This document shows, one piece after another, positions 8,914 through 19,204 of a stretch of DNA of 62,068 nt. The stretch comes from Parcubacteria group bacterium ADurb.Bin115 (lineage in GTDB: Bacteria > Patescibacteriota > Patescibacteriia > Patescibacteriales > UBA12465), in NCBI GenBank assembly GCA_002070735.1, contig MWDX01000014.1, forward strand, positions 1 to 62,068. The letters are read 5' to 3'. A program made the translations under genes and the position numbers. How positions within the stretch are numbered: position 1 is the first letter of the stretch; each line of letters opens with the position of its first letter. Under the pieces are notes generated by a model that made no database searches, was not told where the DNA came from, and saw nothing but the letters and a program-made list of their open reading frames with translations.

Positions 8914-10998
8914 ATGGCGGTATTGAAAAAAAAACGTTTTTTTCTGGGAGATTTTAGGTCATCTCGAGGAAAGGGAAACGACCCTTTTGTGATAAAAGAG
9001 GGTAATTTTAAATTTGGCCAGTTGAAAGATTCAGCCTATTATACTGATTGGACTGAACACTCATTTTTATCTGATAGTCGCGACAAGGAAGTGGTTGGGA
9101 GGACTTTTGATGTTAAAAAGATTCTGCCGATAAAAATAATAATTTTGTTATTTATTCTTATTTTAGCTGGCCGGACTGCTTGGCTGCAATTAATAAGAGG
9201 GTCTCATTATTTTGGTTTAGCTGAGGGCAATCGTCTGCGCTTAGAAAATATTGAACCGAAAAGAGGAATTATTTATGATCGAAAGAGACGCGCCTTGGTT
9301 CGCAATACCGCTAATTTTGTCCTATCTTTAAGACCGATAGATTTGCCTAGAGATGAACTAGCTAGAGATGAATTGCTACGGCGTATCAGCTTTATAATCG
9401 ACGATATGCCCGCGGAGCCCACTTTAAATGCCAACTTCGATTTAGTGTCTGACGGACCCTCTTTTCAACTCATGAAAAACGCTATCGCTGGCATTTCTCC
9501 TTTTTCCCTTGAGGCTTATCAGCCAGTTTTTATTGCCGATAATATTGGTTATGAGCAAGCCTTGCATCTTCTTGCTTCCATTGATTCTTTACCCGGGGTG
9601 ATTATTGATACTAAAATTAGGCGGGAATATCCTTTTACCGCGGATCAGGAAGACGGCACTCCTTCAGATTTATCCAGTCTTTCCCATATTTTAGGTTATA
9701 CCGGTAAGATTACTCTTGAGGCTCTTAACCGTCTTGGCTCTCAATACTCTTTAGTTGATTATGTTGGCAAGACCGGTTTGGAATATTCTTGGGAGAAAGA
9801 ATTAAAAGGAATTAACGGTCATAAAAATATTGAAGTTGATGCTTTCGGCAGACGTAAGAAGGTGGTGAGCGAATTAGAACCTGTTGCTGGTTATAATCTA
9901 AAATTGTCTTTAGATTTAGATTTACAGCGCCAGGCAGAAATTGTTACCAAGAGTTGGTTATTAAAAACAAAAACGTCCAGGGCGGCGGTGATTGCGATGG
10001 ATCCTCGCAACGGACAGATTTTGGCTTTGGTGAGCCTACCTGCTTATAATAATAATCTTTTTGCCCGCGGTCTTAGCCAAGAAGAATATGATGTTTTTCT
10101 TAATGATGAAAATCATCCGCTTTTCAATCGTGCGATTAGCGGAGAGCTTCCTTCCGGTTCGACTATTAAGCCGGTAGTCGCCGCCGCCGCTTTACAGGAA
10201 AAGATTATTTCTGAAAATACCAGTTTTCTTAGTGTCGGTGGTATTTATATAGGTCAGTGGTTTTTTCCTGATTGGAAGGCTGGTGGTCATGGATTAACCG
10301 ATGTGCGCAAAGCCTTGGCGGAATCAGTCAATACTTTTTTCTATTATATCGGGGGCGGTTATCAGGATTTTGTCGGTTTGGGCGTTGACCGATTGGTTAC
10401 ATATATGCGCTTATTTGGTTTTGGAGAAAAAACTGGTATCGACTTAAATGGAGAGTCTGCCGGATTTGTGCCGACACCTTCCTGGAAAGAAGAGACTAAA
10501 AATGAAGCTTGGTATATCGGCGATACTTATCATATTGCCATCGGTCAAGGCGATATCTTGGTAACACCGCTTCAAGTGGCTAATTTTACCGCCGCTATCG
10601 CTAATGGCGGTACTCTTTACCGTCCCAGTTTGGTTCAAAGCTTGTTGGCTGAAAATAATCAAAAAATAAAGGATATCGCTCCGGAAATTATTCGTCGCGA
10701 TTTTATCGATCCCTATAATTTACAGGTAGTACGGGAGGGTATGCGTCAGACGGTTACCGCCGGTAGTGCTCGCAGTTTAAGGGTTTTGCCGGTAAGTGTC
10801 GCCGGCAAGACCGGCACCGCCCAGTGGTCGAGTACGAAAGAAAATCACGCTTGGTTTACCGGCTTTGCTCCTTATGAAAATCCGGAAATCGTGATTACGG
10901 TTTTGGTTGAAGAGGGGCGAGAGGGTAGTGAGGTTTCTGTGCCGATTGCGCAGGAAATTCTTAATTGGTATTTTTCTCAACCAGAAAATATTCATTAA
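8914..10998 (+). CDS. mrdA: Penicillin-binding protein 2 (class B transpeptidase)
   Basis: N-terminal TM anchor and a PBP dimerisation region. Transpeptidase motifs SGSTIKP (SxxK), SVN (SxN) and KTGTA (KTG). Confidence 0.9.
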   Translation: MAVLKKKRFFLGDFRSSRGKGNDPFVIKEGNFKFGQLKDSAYYTDWTEHSFLSDSRDKEVVGRTFDVKKILPIKIIILLFILILAGRTAWLQLIRGSHYFGLAEGNRLRLENIEPKRGIIYDRKRRALVRNTANFVLSLRPIDLPRDELARDELLRRISFIIDDMPAEPTLNANFDLVSDGPSFQLMKNAIAGISPFSLEAYQPVFIADNIGYEQALHLLASIDSLPGVIIDTKIRREYPFTADQEDGTPSDLSSLSHILGYTGKITLEALNRLGSQYSLVDYVGKTGLEYSWEKELKGINGHKNIEVDAFGRRKKVVSELEPVAGYNLKLSLDLDLQRQAEIVTKSWLLKTKTSRAAVIAMDPRNGQILALVSLPAYNNNLFARGLSQEEYDVFLNDENHPLFNRAISGELPSGSTIKPVVAAAALQEKIISENTSFLSVGGIYIGQWFFPDWKAGGHGLTDVRKALAESVNTFFYYIGGGYQDFVGLGVDRLVTYMRLFGFGEKTGIDLNGESAGFVPTPSWKEETKNEAWYIGDTYHIAIGQGDILVTPLQVANFTAAIANGGTLYRPSLVQSLLAENNQKIKDIAPEIIRRDFIDPYNLQVVREGMRQTVTAGSARSLRVLPVSVAGKTGTAQWSSTKENHAWFTGFAPYENPEIVITVLVEEGREGSEVSVPIAQEILNWYFSQPENIH

Positions 10999-11052
10999 TG
11001 AAAAGGTTGTAGTAATAATTTTATATTAATATTAGCCAATTTAATATTATTA

Positions 11053-11079
11053 TTAGCACTCTATTGACTTGAGTGCTAA
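11053..11079 (+). promoter_or_regulatory. CIRCE operator (HrcA binding site) upstream of hrcA
   Basis: TTAGCACTC-TATTGACTT-GAGTGCTAA, a perfect match to the consensus TTAGCACTC-N9-GAGTGCTAA. Confidence 0.92.
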
Positions 11080-11092
11080 TTTTTTTTATAAT
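11064..11092 (+). promoter_or_regulatory. Sigma-70 type promoter of the hrcA operon, overlapping CIRCE
   Basis: TTGACT (11064-11069), 17-nt spacer, TATAAT (11087-11092). Confidence 0.65.
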
Positions 11093-11119
11093 ATTATTAG
11101 TAATCTAAATTAAGGTTTT

Positions 11120-11806
11120 ATGGATTTAAGTAAACGTCAACAATTAATCCTACACACCTTGTTAAAAGAGTACGTGAAAAGTGCTCAACCTGTCGCCTCC
11201 GGTATTTTGGTGGAAAAATATCATTTAGACATTTCTCCGGCCACCGTCCGCAATGAGTTAATGTATTTAGAGGAAGAGGGTTATATTTATCAGCCCCATA
11301 CTTCGGCGGGAAGAGTGCCGACCGAGAAGGCCTATTTATTGGAATTAGCTACTGCTGGCGTCAAGAAGCGCGATTTGCGCCAGAGTGATAAGGACAGTTT
11401 AGAATTGGCTTTATCCTCAATTGATAATTTAAAACCGGCGGCTAAAGTTTTAGCGGAGTTATCTGGCAATGCTGTTTTTTGGGCTTTTCATAAGAATAAT
11501 CTCTATCATACCGGTCTATCTAATCTTTTTGCTCAACCTGAATTTAAGCAGACGGAAATTGTTTACGATGTGTCTCAAGTAATCGACCGGATGGAAGAAA
11601 TTATTGATAATCTTTTTAATGATTTGCCGGACGGTCCGAAAGTGTTTTTGGGCGAAGACAATCCTTTCGGTTCTTTCTTAGGTACGGTGATTTTAAAATA
11701 CCGCCAAGATGGCGTTTCCGGCTTGGTGGGTATTTTAGGCCCAATACGTATGGACTATAACCGCAATCTCTCACTTCTTTCTTATTTGTATGAATATTTT
11801 AAATAA
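11120..11806 (+). CDS. hrcA: Heat-inducible transcription repressor HrcA, short form (228 aa)
   Basis: The N-terminal winged-helix reads RQQLILHTLLKEYVKSAQPVASGILVEKYHLDISPATVRNELMYLEEEGYIYQPHTSAGRVPTEKAY. It lies next to CIRCE and grpE. Confidence 0.85.
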   Translation: MDLSKRQQLILHTLLKEYVKSAQPVASGILVEKYHLDISPATVRNELMYLEEEGYIYQPHTSAGRVPTEKAYLLELATAGVKKRDLRQSDKDSLELALSSIDNLKPAAKVLAELSGNAVFWAFHKNNLYHTGLSNLFAQPEFKQTEIVYDVSQVIDRMEEIIDNLFNDLPDGPKVFLGEDNPFGSFLGTVILKYRQDGVSGLVGILGPIRMDYNRNLSLLSYLYEYFK

Positions 11807-11811
11807 TAAAT

Positions 11812-12843
11812 ATGGAAAATCTAAAACCAGGAATTTATCGACACTATAAAGGCAATGAATATGAATTATTATTTATTGCTACCCAGACTGAAACCGGAGA
11901 ATCTTTGGCTGTCTATCGTTCTCTTGTTGATAATAAAATTTGGGCTAGACCTTTAGCGATGTGGCTGGGCAAGGTGACGGTCGAAGGCAAGGAAAAGCCC
12001 CGTTTCACTTGGGTAAGAGAAGCGTGTCCTCGCTATCCGGAGCCGGTGGTCGGTTCTATTATCTATAATGACTCGGGCGAGATTTTGCTGATTAAAAATC
12101 CTCAATGGACCAATTGGTCTATCCCCGGTGGACATATTAAGTGGGGGGAAAAAATGGAAGAGGCTTTACGCCGGAAAATAGAAGAACAGACTTCTTTACA
12201 GATTGATAAGATTAAATTTATTACAGCTGCTGACGGTATCAAGCTTCCATATTTTTTAAAGGATAAGCATTTTATTTTTTTGAATTTTTTTGCCCATCTG
12301 GCCGGAGGCGAGCCTCAATTATCCGATAAGATGACCGAATATGTTTGGGTTAAACCGGAAACGGCTTTGAAAGAATTTTCAGTGGCACCTTTCGTTGTCG
12401 ATTTATTGGCGGCGTTTATCCGCAGACAATCAGGTTCAGACTCTGATAATGATTTTGAAGGTAAGTATAAACGCGCCTTGGCTGATTATCAGAACCTTTT
12501 GAAACGGTCCGTGAAAGAAAAAGAGGAGTTTGTCCGCTTTGCCATCGGTGATTTTTTACATGACATCATTCCCGTCTATGACCACTTAAAGATGTCTTTA
12601 TCTGCTTTACCGGAGAATGAAAAAGAAAGCGCTTGGGTAAAGGGGGTAGAATATGTTTTAAAACAGTTTAAAGAAATCTTGTCCGCTCGCGGCGTAGAGG
12701 AGATTAAGACTAAAGGACAGAAATTTGATCATAATCTGATGGAGGCTTTAGAAGGTAAAGGCGATAAAGTGGTACAGGAAGTTATGCCTGGCTATACGCT
12801 CAATGGTCGTGTTATCCGCGCCGCCAAAGTAATTGTTGGTTAA
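11812..12843 (+). CDS. grpE: Triple-domain fusion: DUF1653, Nudix-fold (degenerate Nudix box), GrpE nucleotide-exchange factor
   Basis: aa 1-70: GIYRHYKGNEYELLFIATQTETGESLAVYRSL...WARPLAMW...PRFTWV (DUF1653). aa about 75-200: Nudix fold with GGHIKWGEKMEEALRRKIEEQTSL. aa about 205-343: GrpE core (YKRALADYQNLLKR, IIPVYDHL, GVEEI...GQKFDHNLMEA, GYTLNGRVIRAAKVIV). Confidence 0.85.
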   Translation: MENLKPGIYRHYKGNEYELLFIATQTETGESLAVYRSLVDNKIWARPLAMWLGKVTVEGKEKPRFTWVREACPRYPEPVVGSIIYNDSGEILLIKNPQWTNWSIPGGHIKWGEKMEEALRRKIEEQTSLQIDKIKFITAADGIKLPYFLKDKHFIFLNFFAHLAGGEPQLSDKMTEYVWVKPETALKEFSVAPFVVDLLAAFIRRQSGSDSDNDFEGKYKRALADYQNLLKRSVKEKEEFVRFAIGDFLHDIIPVYDHLKMSLSALPENEKESAWVKGVEYVLKQFKEILSARGVEEIKTKGQKFDHNLMEALEGKGDKVVQEVMPGYTLNGRVIRAAKVIVG

Positions 12844-12932
12844 TTAATCATTATTATTAAATTTTTTAGTTTTTCTCTTTATCTACCATTTAATTATATT
12901 ATTTGGTTTTAAAGAGAAAAAGATATAAATTT

Positions 12933-13376
12933 ATGTCTTTAATAAAATGGAATCCCTTTTTAAGCGACAGCTTCGGTTTTGAAGACATGGATAAAATGTT
13001 CGGCGAAATATTGCCGGCCGTACGCAGCAATCAATTCGGCTTCACACCGGCGCTTGATATGTATGAAGATAAAAATAATATCGTCGTCGAGACGCAATTA
13101 GCCGGTATTGATCCGGAAAAGGTAAGTATTTCAATTGAAAATGATGTTTTGTGCATTAAGGGCGAGAGCGAACGTCAGAGCGAAGTTGACGAAAAGAATT
13201 ATTATCGCAAAGAAATTCGCCGCGGCTCTTTTTATCGTTCTGTTCCTCTGCCAACTAAGGTTGATGGCGAGAAGGCGACAGCGGTCAATGAGGATGGAAT
13301 TTTAAAAATCAGCATTCCTAAGGCGCCGGAAGCCCAGCCGAAGACAATTAAAATTCAAAGCAGCAAGAAGAAATAA
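12933..13376 (+). CDS. Hsp20 / alpha-crystallin small heat-shock protein
   Basis: Alpha-crystallin domain: PALDMYEDKNNIVVETQLAGIDPEKVSISIENDVLCIKGE...FYRSVPLP...ATAVNEDGILKISIPK. ATG at 12933 preferred. Confidence 0.9.
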   Translation: MSLIKWNPFLSDSFGFEDMDKMFGEILPAVRSNQFGFTPALDMYEDKNNIVVETQLAGIDPEKVSISIENDVLCIKGESERQSEVDEKNYYRKEIRRGSFYRSVPLPTKVDGEKATAVNEDGILKISIPKAPEAQPKTIKIQSSKKK

Positions 13377-13485
13377 TTTTTATTTGTCCGTGTTCGGCGC
13401 CTTTGATAAAAGGCGTCGAGACGGGTGAGTAAAAGTGATAAAAATAAAATTAATTAATAATTTCGTAATCTAACTATTAAAAAAT

Positions 13486-15396
13486 ATGGGAAAAATTTTA
13501 GGAATTGACTTAGGCACGACTAATTCCGCCATGGCGATCATGGATGGTGGCGTCCCTAAGATTTTAGAAAATATTGAAGGCAATCGCACCACTCCTTCAA
13601 TTGTCGCCATTTCCAAAAATGGTGAGCGTTTAGTTGGTGCCGCCGCTAAACGTCAGGCCGTTATTAATCCAGAAAATACCGTTTATGCCGTGAAGCGTTT
13701 AATTGGTCGACACTTCAATGATGAAGAAGTCCAACGCGATTTAAGCACGATGCCGTATAAGATTGTGCAGGCGGGAGAGGGTGTCAAGGTGAAGATGGGA
13801 GGCAAAGATTATTCTCCTCAAGAAGTTTCGGCCATGATCCTGTCTAAGCTTAAAGCCGACGCGGAAGCAAAAATCGGTGAGAAAATTACTGAAGCTATCA
13901 TTACCGTCCCCGCTTATTTTGATGACTCTCAGCGCCAGGCGACTAAAGATGCTGGGCTTATTGCTGGTTTGGACGTCAAGCGTATCATTAATGAACCGAC
14001 AGCCGCCGCCTTGGCTTACGGCTTTGATAAGAAACAGGGGCAGAAGATTGTTGTCTATGATTTGGGTGGCGGAACTTTCGATGTCTCTGTGCTTGATATT
14101 TCTGCTGATACAGTGGAGGTTAAAGCTACAAACGGTAATACTCATTTAGGCGGAGAAGATTTTGATAAGATTATTATTGATTGGATTATCTCTGAATTTA
14201 AAAAAGATCAGGGTATTGATTTGTCTAAAGATACTTTAGCTTTGCAGCGGATTAAAGAATCGGCGGAAAAAGCTAAAATAGAATTATCTACGGCAATGGA
14301 AACCGAAATCAATCAGCCTTTTATTACCACTGATCAGAATGGGCCTAAACATTTAGTTATGAAGCTAAGTCGCGCCAAACTCGAAGTTTTAGTGGGCGAC
14401 TTGGTGGCGAAGACAATTGAGCCTTGTAAGAAAGCGATAGCTGATTCTGGTTTCAGCTTAAGTGATATCAATGAAGTAATTATGGTCGGCGGTATGACCC
14501 GTATGCCTTTAGTCCAGCAAAAGGTAAAGGAATTTTTTGGCAAAGAACCAAATTTAAACGTCAATCCTGATGAAGTCGTGGCGATGGGCGCGGCTGTTCA
14601 AGCCGGTGTTCTTCAGGGCGACGTTAAAGATGTGCTCTTGCTTGACGTCACCCCTCTTACCTTGGGGATTGAAACTTTAGGTGGAGTTGCTACACCGTTA
14701 ATTGAACGCAATACCACTATCCCTACTTCTAAATCGCAGATTTTTTCCACCGCGGCCGACGGTCAGACTAGTGTGGAAATTCATGTTGTTCAAGGTGAGC
14801 GGCCGATGGCGGCTGACAATAAATCTCTGGGACGTTTTATCCTCGATGGTATTCCTTCAGCTCCCCGCGGGATACCTCAAGTTGAGGTAAAATTTGATTT
14901 GGATGCCAACGGCATCTTAAATGTGAGCGCGACTGATAAAGCCACCGGCAAGCAGCAGAATATTACGATTACCGCCTCTTCCGGCTTGTCCAAAGAAGAA
15001 ATTGAAAAGATGAAGAAAGAAGCGGAAGCTCACGCTGAAGAAGATAAGAAGAAGAAAGAACAAGTGGAGATTAAAAATCAGGCTGAAGCGGTTATTTTTA
15101 CTATTGAAAAAATGATTAAGGAGTCGGGTGATAAAATGAAGGCTGAGGATAAGACTGAGCTTGAAGCTAAGCTTGAATCTTTGAAAAAAACGAAAGAAGG
15201 CGAAGATTTTGCGGCTATTCAGAAATCGATGGAAGAATTAAATACTGTCGCCCAGCGTATTGGCGTTTCCATGTATCAAAATCAGCCGGGGGCAAGTTCT
15301 GCTAATCAGGGCAATGCGGCCAATTCCGCCGAATCCAGTAATACCGCTAAAGAGGGTGACAATGTAGTGGAAGGTGAAGTTGAAGATAAAAAATAA
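13486..15396 (+). CDS. dnaK: Molecular chaperone DnaK (Hsp70)
   Basis: [27 protein letters not shown] and a full-length Hsp70 architecture. Confidence 0.97.
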   Translation: MGKILGIDLGTTNSAMAIMDGGVPKILENIEGNRTTPSIVAISKNGERLVGAAAKRQAVINPENTVYAVKRLIGRHFNDEEVQRDLSTMPYKIVQAGEGVKVKMGGKDYSPQEVSAMILSKLKADAEAKIGEKITEAIITVPAYFDDSQRQATKDAGLIAGLDVKRIINEPTAAALAYGFDKKQGQKIVVYDLGGGTFDVSVLDISADTVEVKATNGNTHLGGEDFDKIIIDWIISEFKKDQGIDLSKDTLALQRIKESAEKAKIELSTAMETEINQPFITTDQNGPKHLVMKLSRAKLEVLVGDLVAKTIEPCKKAIADSGFSLSDINEVIMVGGMTRMPLVQQKVKEFFGKEPNLNVNPDEVVAMGAAVQAGVLQGDVKDVLLLDVTPLTLGIETLGGVATPLIERNTTIPTSKSQIFSTAADGQTSVEIHVVQGERPMAADNKSLGRFILDGIPSAPRGIPQVEVKFDLDANGILNVSATDKATGKQQNITITASSGLSKEEIEKMKKEAEAHAEEDKKKKEQVEIKNQAEAVIFTIEKMIKESGDKMKAEDKTELEAKLESLKKTKEGEDFAAIQKSMEELNTVAQRIGVSMYQNQPGASSANQGNAANSAESSNTAKEGDNVVEGEVEDKK

Positions 15397-15410
15397 TTCT
15401 GATTCTTTTT

Positions 15411-15444
15411 CAGCAAGCCTCTCTTTTTCTGGGGAGGCTTGCTG
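15411..15444 (+). other. Strong stem-loop between dnaK and dnaJ (11-bp perfect stem, no T tract)
   Basis: CAGCAAGCCTC (15411-15421) pairs with GAGGCTTGCTG (15434-15444). Confidence 0.6.
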
Positions 15445-15479
15445 GCTTGAGAATAAGAAATTAAGTCTGGATATATAAT

Positions 15480-16559
15480 ATGTCAAAAGATTATTATAAA
15501 GATTTGGGAGTAGATAAGAACGCCAGCGCGGAGGAGATTAAAGCTGCTTTTCGAAAAAAGGCCCACCAATATCATCCTGATAAAGGTGGCGATGAAGCCA
15601 AATTTAAAGAGATAAACGAAGCGTATCAGGTTTTGGGTAATGCAGAAAAACGCAAGCAATATGATCAGTTCGGTTCTTCTTTTCAGGGTGACCAAGCCGG
15701 TGGTTTTAGTGGTTTTGGCGGTCGGGGTTTTGGCGGTTTTGAGGGCGTTAATATTAACATAGATGACCTTGGCGATATCTTCGGTGGTTTTGGCGATATC
15801 TTCGGTGGTTTTGGCGGTAATCGCGGGCGTCGGGGGCCAGAACAGGGCAGGAATTTAGAAATGAAATTAGTGGTTGATTTTTTAGATGCGATTCATGGTA
15901 CGGAAACGGAAATTAGTTTTCCTCATTTAAAGACTTGTCGCGTTTGCCATGGCAGTGGTCATGCAACTGGAGCTAAAATTGAGAATTGTCCAACTTGTGG
16001 CGGTAAGGGAACGATTAGCCGGATACAGCGGACGATTTTAGGCGCTATTCAAACCCAAACTGTCTGCCCTGATTGTCGGGGTGAAGGTAAAAAAGCCGGC
16101 GCTTCTTGTTCGGAATGTCAAGGAAAGGGAAGAATTAAGCAAACGGAAAAGGTAAAAGTTAAGATTCCGGCCGGTATTAACGATGGAGAAAGCATCCGTT
16201 TAGCCGGATATGGCGATGCCGGCGAAAAGGGTATGCCGGCGGGTGACTTGTTTTTGCGCATCAAAGTGACGCCTCATTCAAAATTTAAGAGAGAGGGGGA
16301 TGATATTTATTCTGAGGAAGAAATTTCTATGGTTCAGGCTACTTTGGGTGATACTATTGAAGTGAAGACCGTCCACGGTGCGGTAAAATTAAAGATTCCT
16401 GAAGGCACTCAACCTCAAACTGTTTTTCGTTTAAAAGATAAAGGCGCGCCTCGCCTTCGTGGTCGCGGTCAGGGCGATCATTTTGTAAAAGTGAAAGTAT
16501 TGATACCCAAAAATTTAAGCAAAGCCCAGCGTCAGTTATTAGCTGATTTAAAAATTTAA
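15480..16559 (+). CDS. dnaJ: Molecular chaperone DnaJ (Hsp40, type I)
   Basis: J domain with HPD (YHPDKGG), a G/F-rich region, four CxxCxGxG zinc-finger repeats and a C-terminal substrate-binding domain. Confidence 0.95.
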   Translation: MSKDYYKDLGVDKNASAEEIKAAFRKKAHQYHPDKGGDEAKFKEINEAYQVLGNAEKRKQYDQFGSSFQGDQAGGFSGFGGRGFGGFEGVNINIDDLGDIFGGFGDIFGGFGGNRGRRGPEQGRNLEMKLVVDFLDAIHGTETEISFPHLKTCRVCHGSGHATGAKIENCPTCGGKGTISRIQRTILGAIQTQTVCPDCRGEGKKAGASCSECQGKGRIKQTEKVKVKIPAGINDGESIRLAGYGDAGEKGMPAGDLFLRIKVTPHSKFKREGDDIYSEEEISMVQATLGDTIEVKTVHGAVKLKIPEGTQPQTVFRLKDKGAPRLRGRGQGDHFVKVKVLIPKNLSKAQRQLLADLKI

Positions 16560-16638
16560 GCATTGTTTTGTTTTGACTTTCTAATTGGTGGTGTTATACT
16601 TAATATAAGAGGAATTTTATAAATTAATCTTTTAATTT

Positions 16639-16797
16639 ATGTTTAAATGTGAATGGCTGAAAAAATTATTAGGTATAAAAAAAGATGGTTGTGGTCATTC
16701 TGAACAGGCGCAGACTGAGACGCCGGCGCCGGCGGCACCTATTACCGACGCCGCTTCTACTGATTTGGATAAACAGAAGGAAGCTTCTCTAAAGTAA
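16639..16797 (+). CDS. Possible 52-aa ORF at the end of the dnaK operon
   Basis: MFKCEWLKKLLGIKKDGCGHSEQAQTETPAPAAPITDAASTDLDKQKEASLK. It sits between dnaJ and the operon terminator. No recognised family. Confidence 0.25.
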   Translation: MFKCEWLKKLLGIKKDGCGHSEQAQTETPAPAAPITDAASTDLDKQKEASLK

Positions 16798-16815
16798 TAT
16801 TGTGGAATAATCTAT

Positions 16816-16840
16816 AAAAACGCGTTTAACGCGTTTTTTT
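16816..16840 (+). terminator. Rho-independent terminator of the hrcA-dnaJ operon
   Basis: AAAAACGCG TTTAA CGCGTTTTT plus a T run. Confidence 0.8.
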
Positions 16841-16854
16841 ATCATTTTTGTTTT

Positions 16855-17706
16855 ATGTTTATTGATACTCACGCTCATATAAACTTTCATGATTTTAAAG
16901 ATGATGCTGATGAAGTCATTCGTCGTTCTTTAGATAATGACACCTGGATGGTGCTTGTTGGCTCTGAGTATAAAACCTCTAATCGCGCTTTGAATTATGC
17001 TAATCACTATCAACATGGTGTTTATGCCGCTGTCGGGTTACACCCCATCCATTTAGAAGAGCAAACAGTGGCCAATAATGATGAAAACGGAGATTATAGC
17101 TTTATGACACGGGCTGAAGAGTTTAACTATGATACTTATGAAAAATTGGCTAAGTTTGAGAAGGTAGTAGCAATTGGTGAAATTGGGCTTGATTATTATC
17201 ATCTCGACCCGACTAAAAATGTAAATGAGGCCAAAAGGCGTCAGCAAGAAGTTTTTTTAAAACAGCTTGTATTAGCGCGTAATCTTGATTTACCGGCAAT
17301 TATCCATTGTCGTCAGGCTCATGATGATCTACTGTCCATTCTTCAAGATTTTCGTAAGGTTTACGCCGATTTTATTCCTTCTGATCGTCCTTGGGGGGTC
17401 ATTCATTGTTTTTCTGGAGACGAGGATTTGGCTTGGAAATATTTTTCTTTGGGGTTAATCATTTCTTTTACCGGTTTGATTACTTTCAGTAAGCAGTGGG
17501 ATGATGTTCTGAGGAAGGTTCCTTTGCATAAGTTTATGATTGAAACCGACTCTCCTTATATGACGCCTGAGCCTTATCGCGGCCGCCGTAATGAGCCTCT
17601 ATTGGTGCAATATGTAGCGGGAAGGGTGGCAGAAATACGTAATTCCAGTGTAGAGAAGATTGCCGCCGCGACGACGGAAACAGCTAGACAATTTTTTCGC
17701 ATTTGA
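16855..17706 (+). CDS. tatD: TatD-family metal-dependent hydrolase / DNase
   Basis: FIDTHAHINF, GEIGLDY, IHCR and ETDSPYMTP motifs. Confidence 0.9.
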   Translation: MFIDTHAHINFHDFKDDADEVIRRSLDNDTWMVLVGSEYKTSNRALNYANHYQHGVYAAVGLHPIHLEEQTVANNDENGDYSFMTRAEEFNYDTYEKLAKFEKVVAIGEIGLDYYHLDPTKNVNEAKRRQQEVFLKQLVLARNLDLPAIIHCRQAHDDLLSILQDFRKVYADFIPSDRPWGVIHCFSGDEDLAWKYFSLGLIISFTGLITFSKQWDDVLRKVPLHKFMIETDSPYMTPEPYRGRRNEPLLVQYVAGRVAEIRNSSVEKIAAATTETARQFFRI

Positions 17707-17754
17707 GCTTTAGTTGGTAGTCAGACGGCATTTAAATTTTGATTTTTGCCAGTC

Positions 17755-17783
17755 TTGACTTTTTCGCTAATCGGGTGTATATA
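17755..17783 (+). promoter_or_regulatory. Putative promoter of the ATP synthase operon
   Basis: TTGACT (17755-17760), 17-nt spacer, TATATA (17778-17783). Confidence 0.5.
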
Positions 17784-17820
17784 ACAAGTGGTTTTCTAAA
17801 AATTTATCTAATTTAAGCCT

Positions 17821-18108
17821 ATGGATAAACATTCTTTAAGGCAATTAATAATGTCTAGCGCCGCTTATAGCCTTTCTTCTATTCTCGGTCCCTTATTGTT
17901 GCTAGGTTTACCCGCTTACTTTATAGATCAGTATTTAGAAACCAAGCCATTGGTGACTTTAATTGCTGTTTTTATTTCTTTTTTAATCACCAATGTCCTT
18001 TTATTTAAAAAAGTTACTAAAATCAATCGGATGATGGCAAAAAATTTTCCTCCTCGTATTTCTATGGATGATGATAAAAAGGGGAATTCAGTCGTCAAGA
18101 ACGAATAA
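17821..18108 (+). CDS. AtpZ/AtpI-like small membrane protein preceding atpB
   Basis: 95 aa with two hydrophobic helices, immediately upstream of the F0 a subunit. Confidence 0.6.
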   Translation: MDKHSLRQLIMSSAAYSLSSILGPLLLLGLPAYFIDQYLETKPLVTLIAVFISFLITNVLLFKKVTKINRMMAKNFPPRISMDDDKKGNSVVKNE

Positions 18109-18110
18109 TT

Positions 18111-18851
18111 ATGCAGTTGGACATTTCTTTAGCTCCGGAGACTTTATTTCACATTGCTTCCATTCCAATTTCTAACACTTTTTTTTGGTCATGGCTAATA
18201 TTTGCTTTTCTAATAGTCGGCTCTTTATTTTTACGCCGAAGTTTGAAAATGCGTCCTGGTCACTTCCAAAATATTATTGAGATGTTGGTTGGCGGGGCTT
18301 TTGATTTTGTTGAATCGATGATAGGCGACAAAAAGAGAGCTTTGCGCGTCTTCCCCTTGGTTTTTACCATGTTTTTTTTCATTTTTTTCTGTAACCTTTT
18401 GACCTTTATTCCCGGCCAGGCGGCCGTTACCATTAAAACCGCCGGTGGCGTCGTCCCACTTTTTAGAGCGATTATTTCTGATTACGGCCTCGTTTTTGTT
18501 ATGACAATGGTGTCAGTGATTGTTACTCAGATTGTTGCTATTGCTTCTATGGGTCCACTGCGCTATGTTGGTAAATTTTTTAATTTTACCAATCCTTTGA
18601 ATTTCTTTTTAGGTTTGATGGACTTAGTGAGCGAACTGGCGAAGGTAATGTCTTTATCTTTCCGTTTATTTGGTAATATTTTTGCTGGTGAAGTGTTGGG
18701 GGCGGTTATGCTGTTTTTGTTCCCTTTCTTTTTACCCTTACCTTTCACTTTATTAAGCTTATTGACGGCAGTCGTTCAGCCTTTCGTTTTTTCAGTTTTG
18801 ACCTTGGTGTTTATTTCTATGGCGATTCAGCCGTCAGAAGCGGAGGCTTAA
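18111..18851 (+). CDS. atpB: F0F1 ATP synthase subunit a
   Basis: Polytopic. Conserved SLSFRLFGNIFAGE motif with the essential Arg. Confidence 0.92.
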   Translation: MQLDISLAPETLFHIASIPISNTFFWSWLIFAFLIVGSLFLRRSLKMRPGHFQNIIEMLVGGAFDFVESMIGDKKRALRVFPLVFTMFFFIFFCNLLTFIPGQAAVTIKTAGGVVPLFRAIISDYGLVFVMTMVSVIVTQIVAIASMGPLRYVGKFFNFTNPLNFFLGLMDLVSELAKVMSLSFRLFGNIFAGEVLGAVMLFLFPFFLPLPFTLLSLLTAVVQPFVFSVLTLVFISMAIQPSEAEA

Positions 18852-18888
18852 AAGGTAGCTTTAATATTTATTATAAACCATTAAATAA

Positions 18889-19140
<252 letters not shown>

Positions 19141-19204
19141 AAAGCAGAGCCTGTCCGCCTCTTTTTGCGGCGGATTGCTTTGTGTTTTAATTTAAAATTT
19201 TTAT

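Noticed and set aside
13741-14564. Several 76-134 aa ORFs inside dnaK (13741-14145 minus, 13877-14149 plus, 14334-14564 minus)
   Set aside because: All are alternative frames of dnaK. Their composition is typical of out-of-frame translation.
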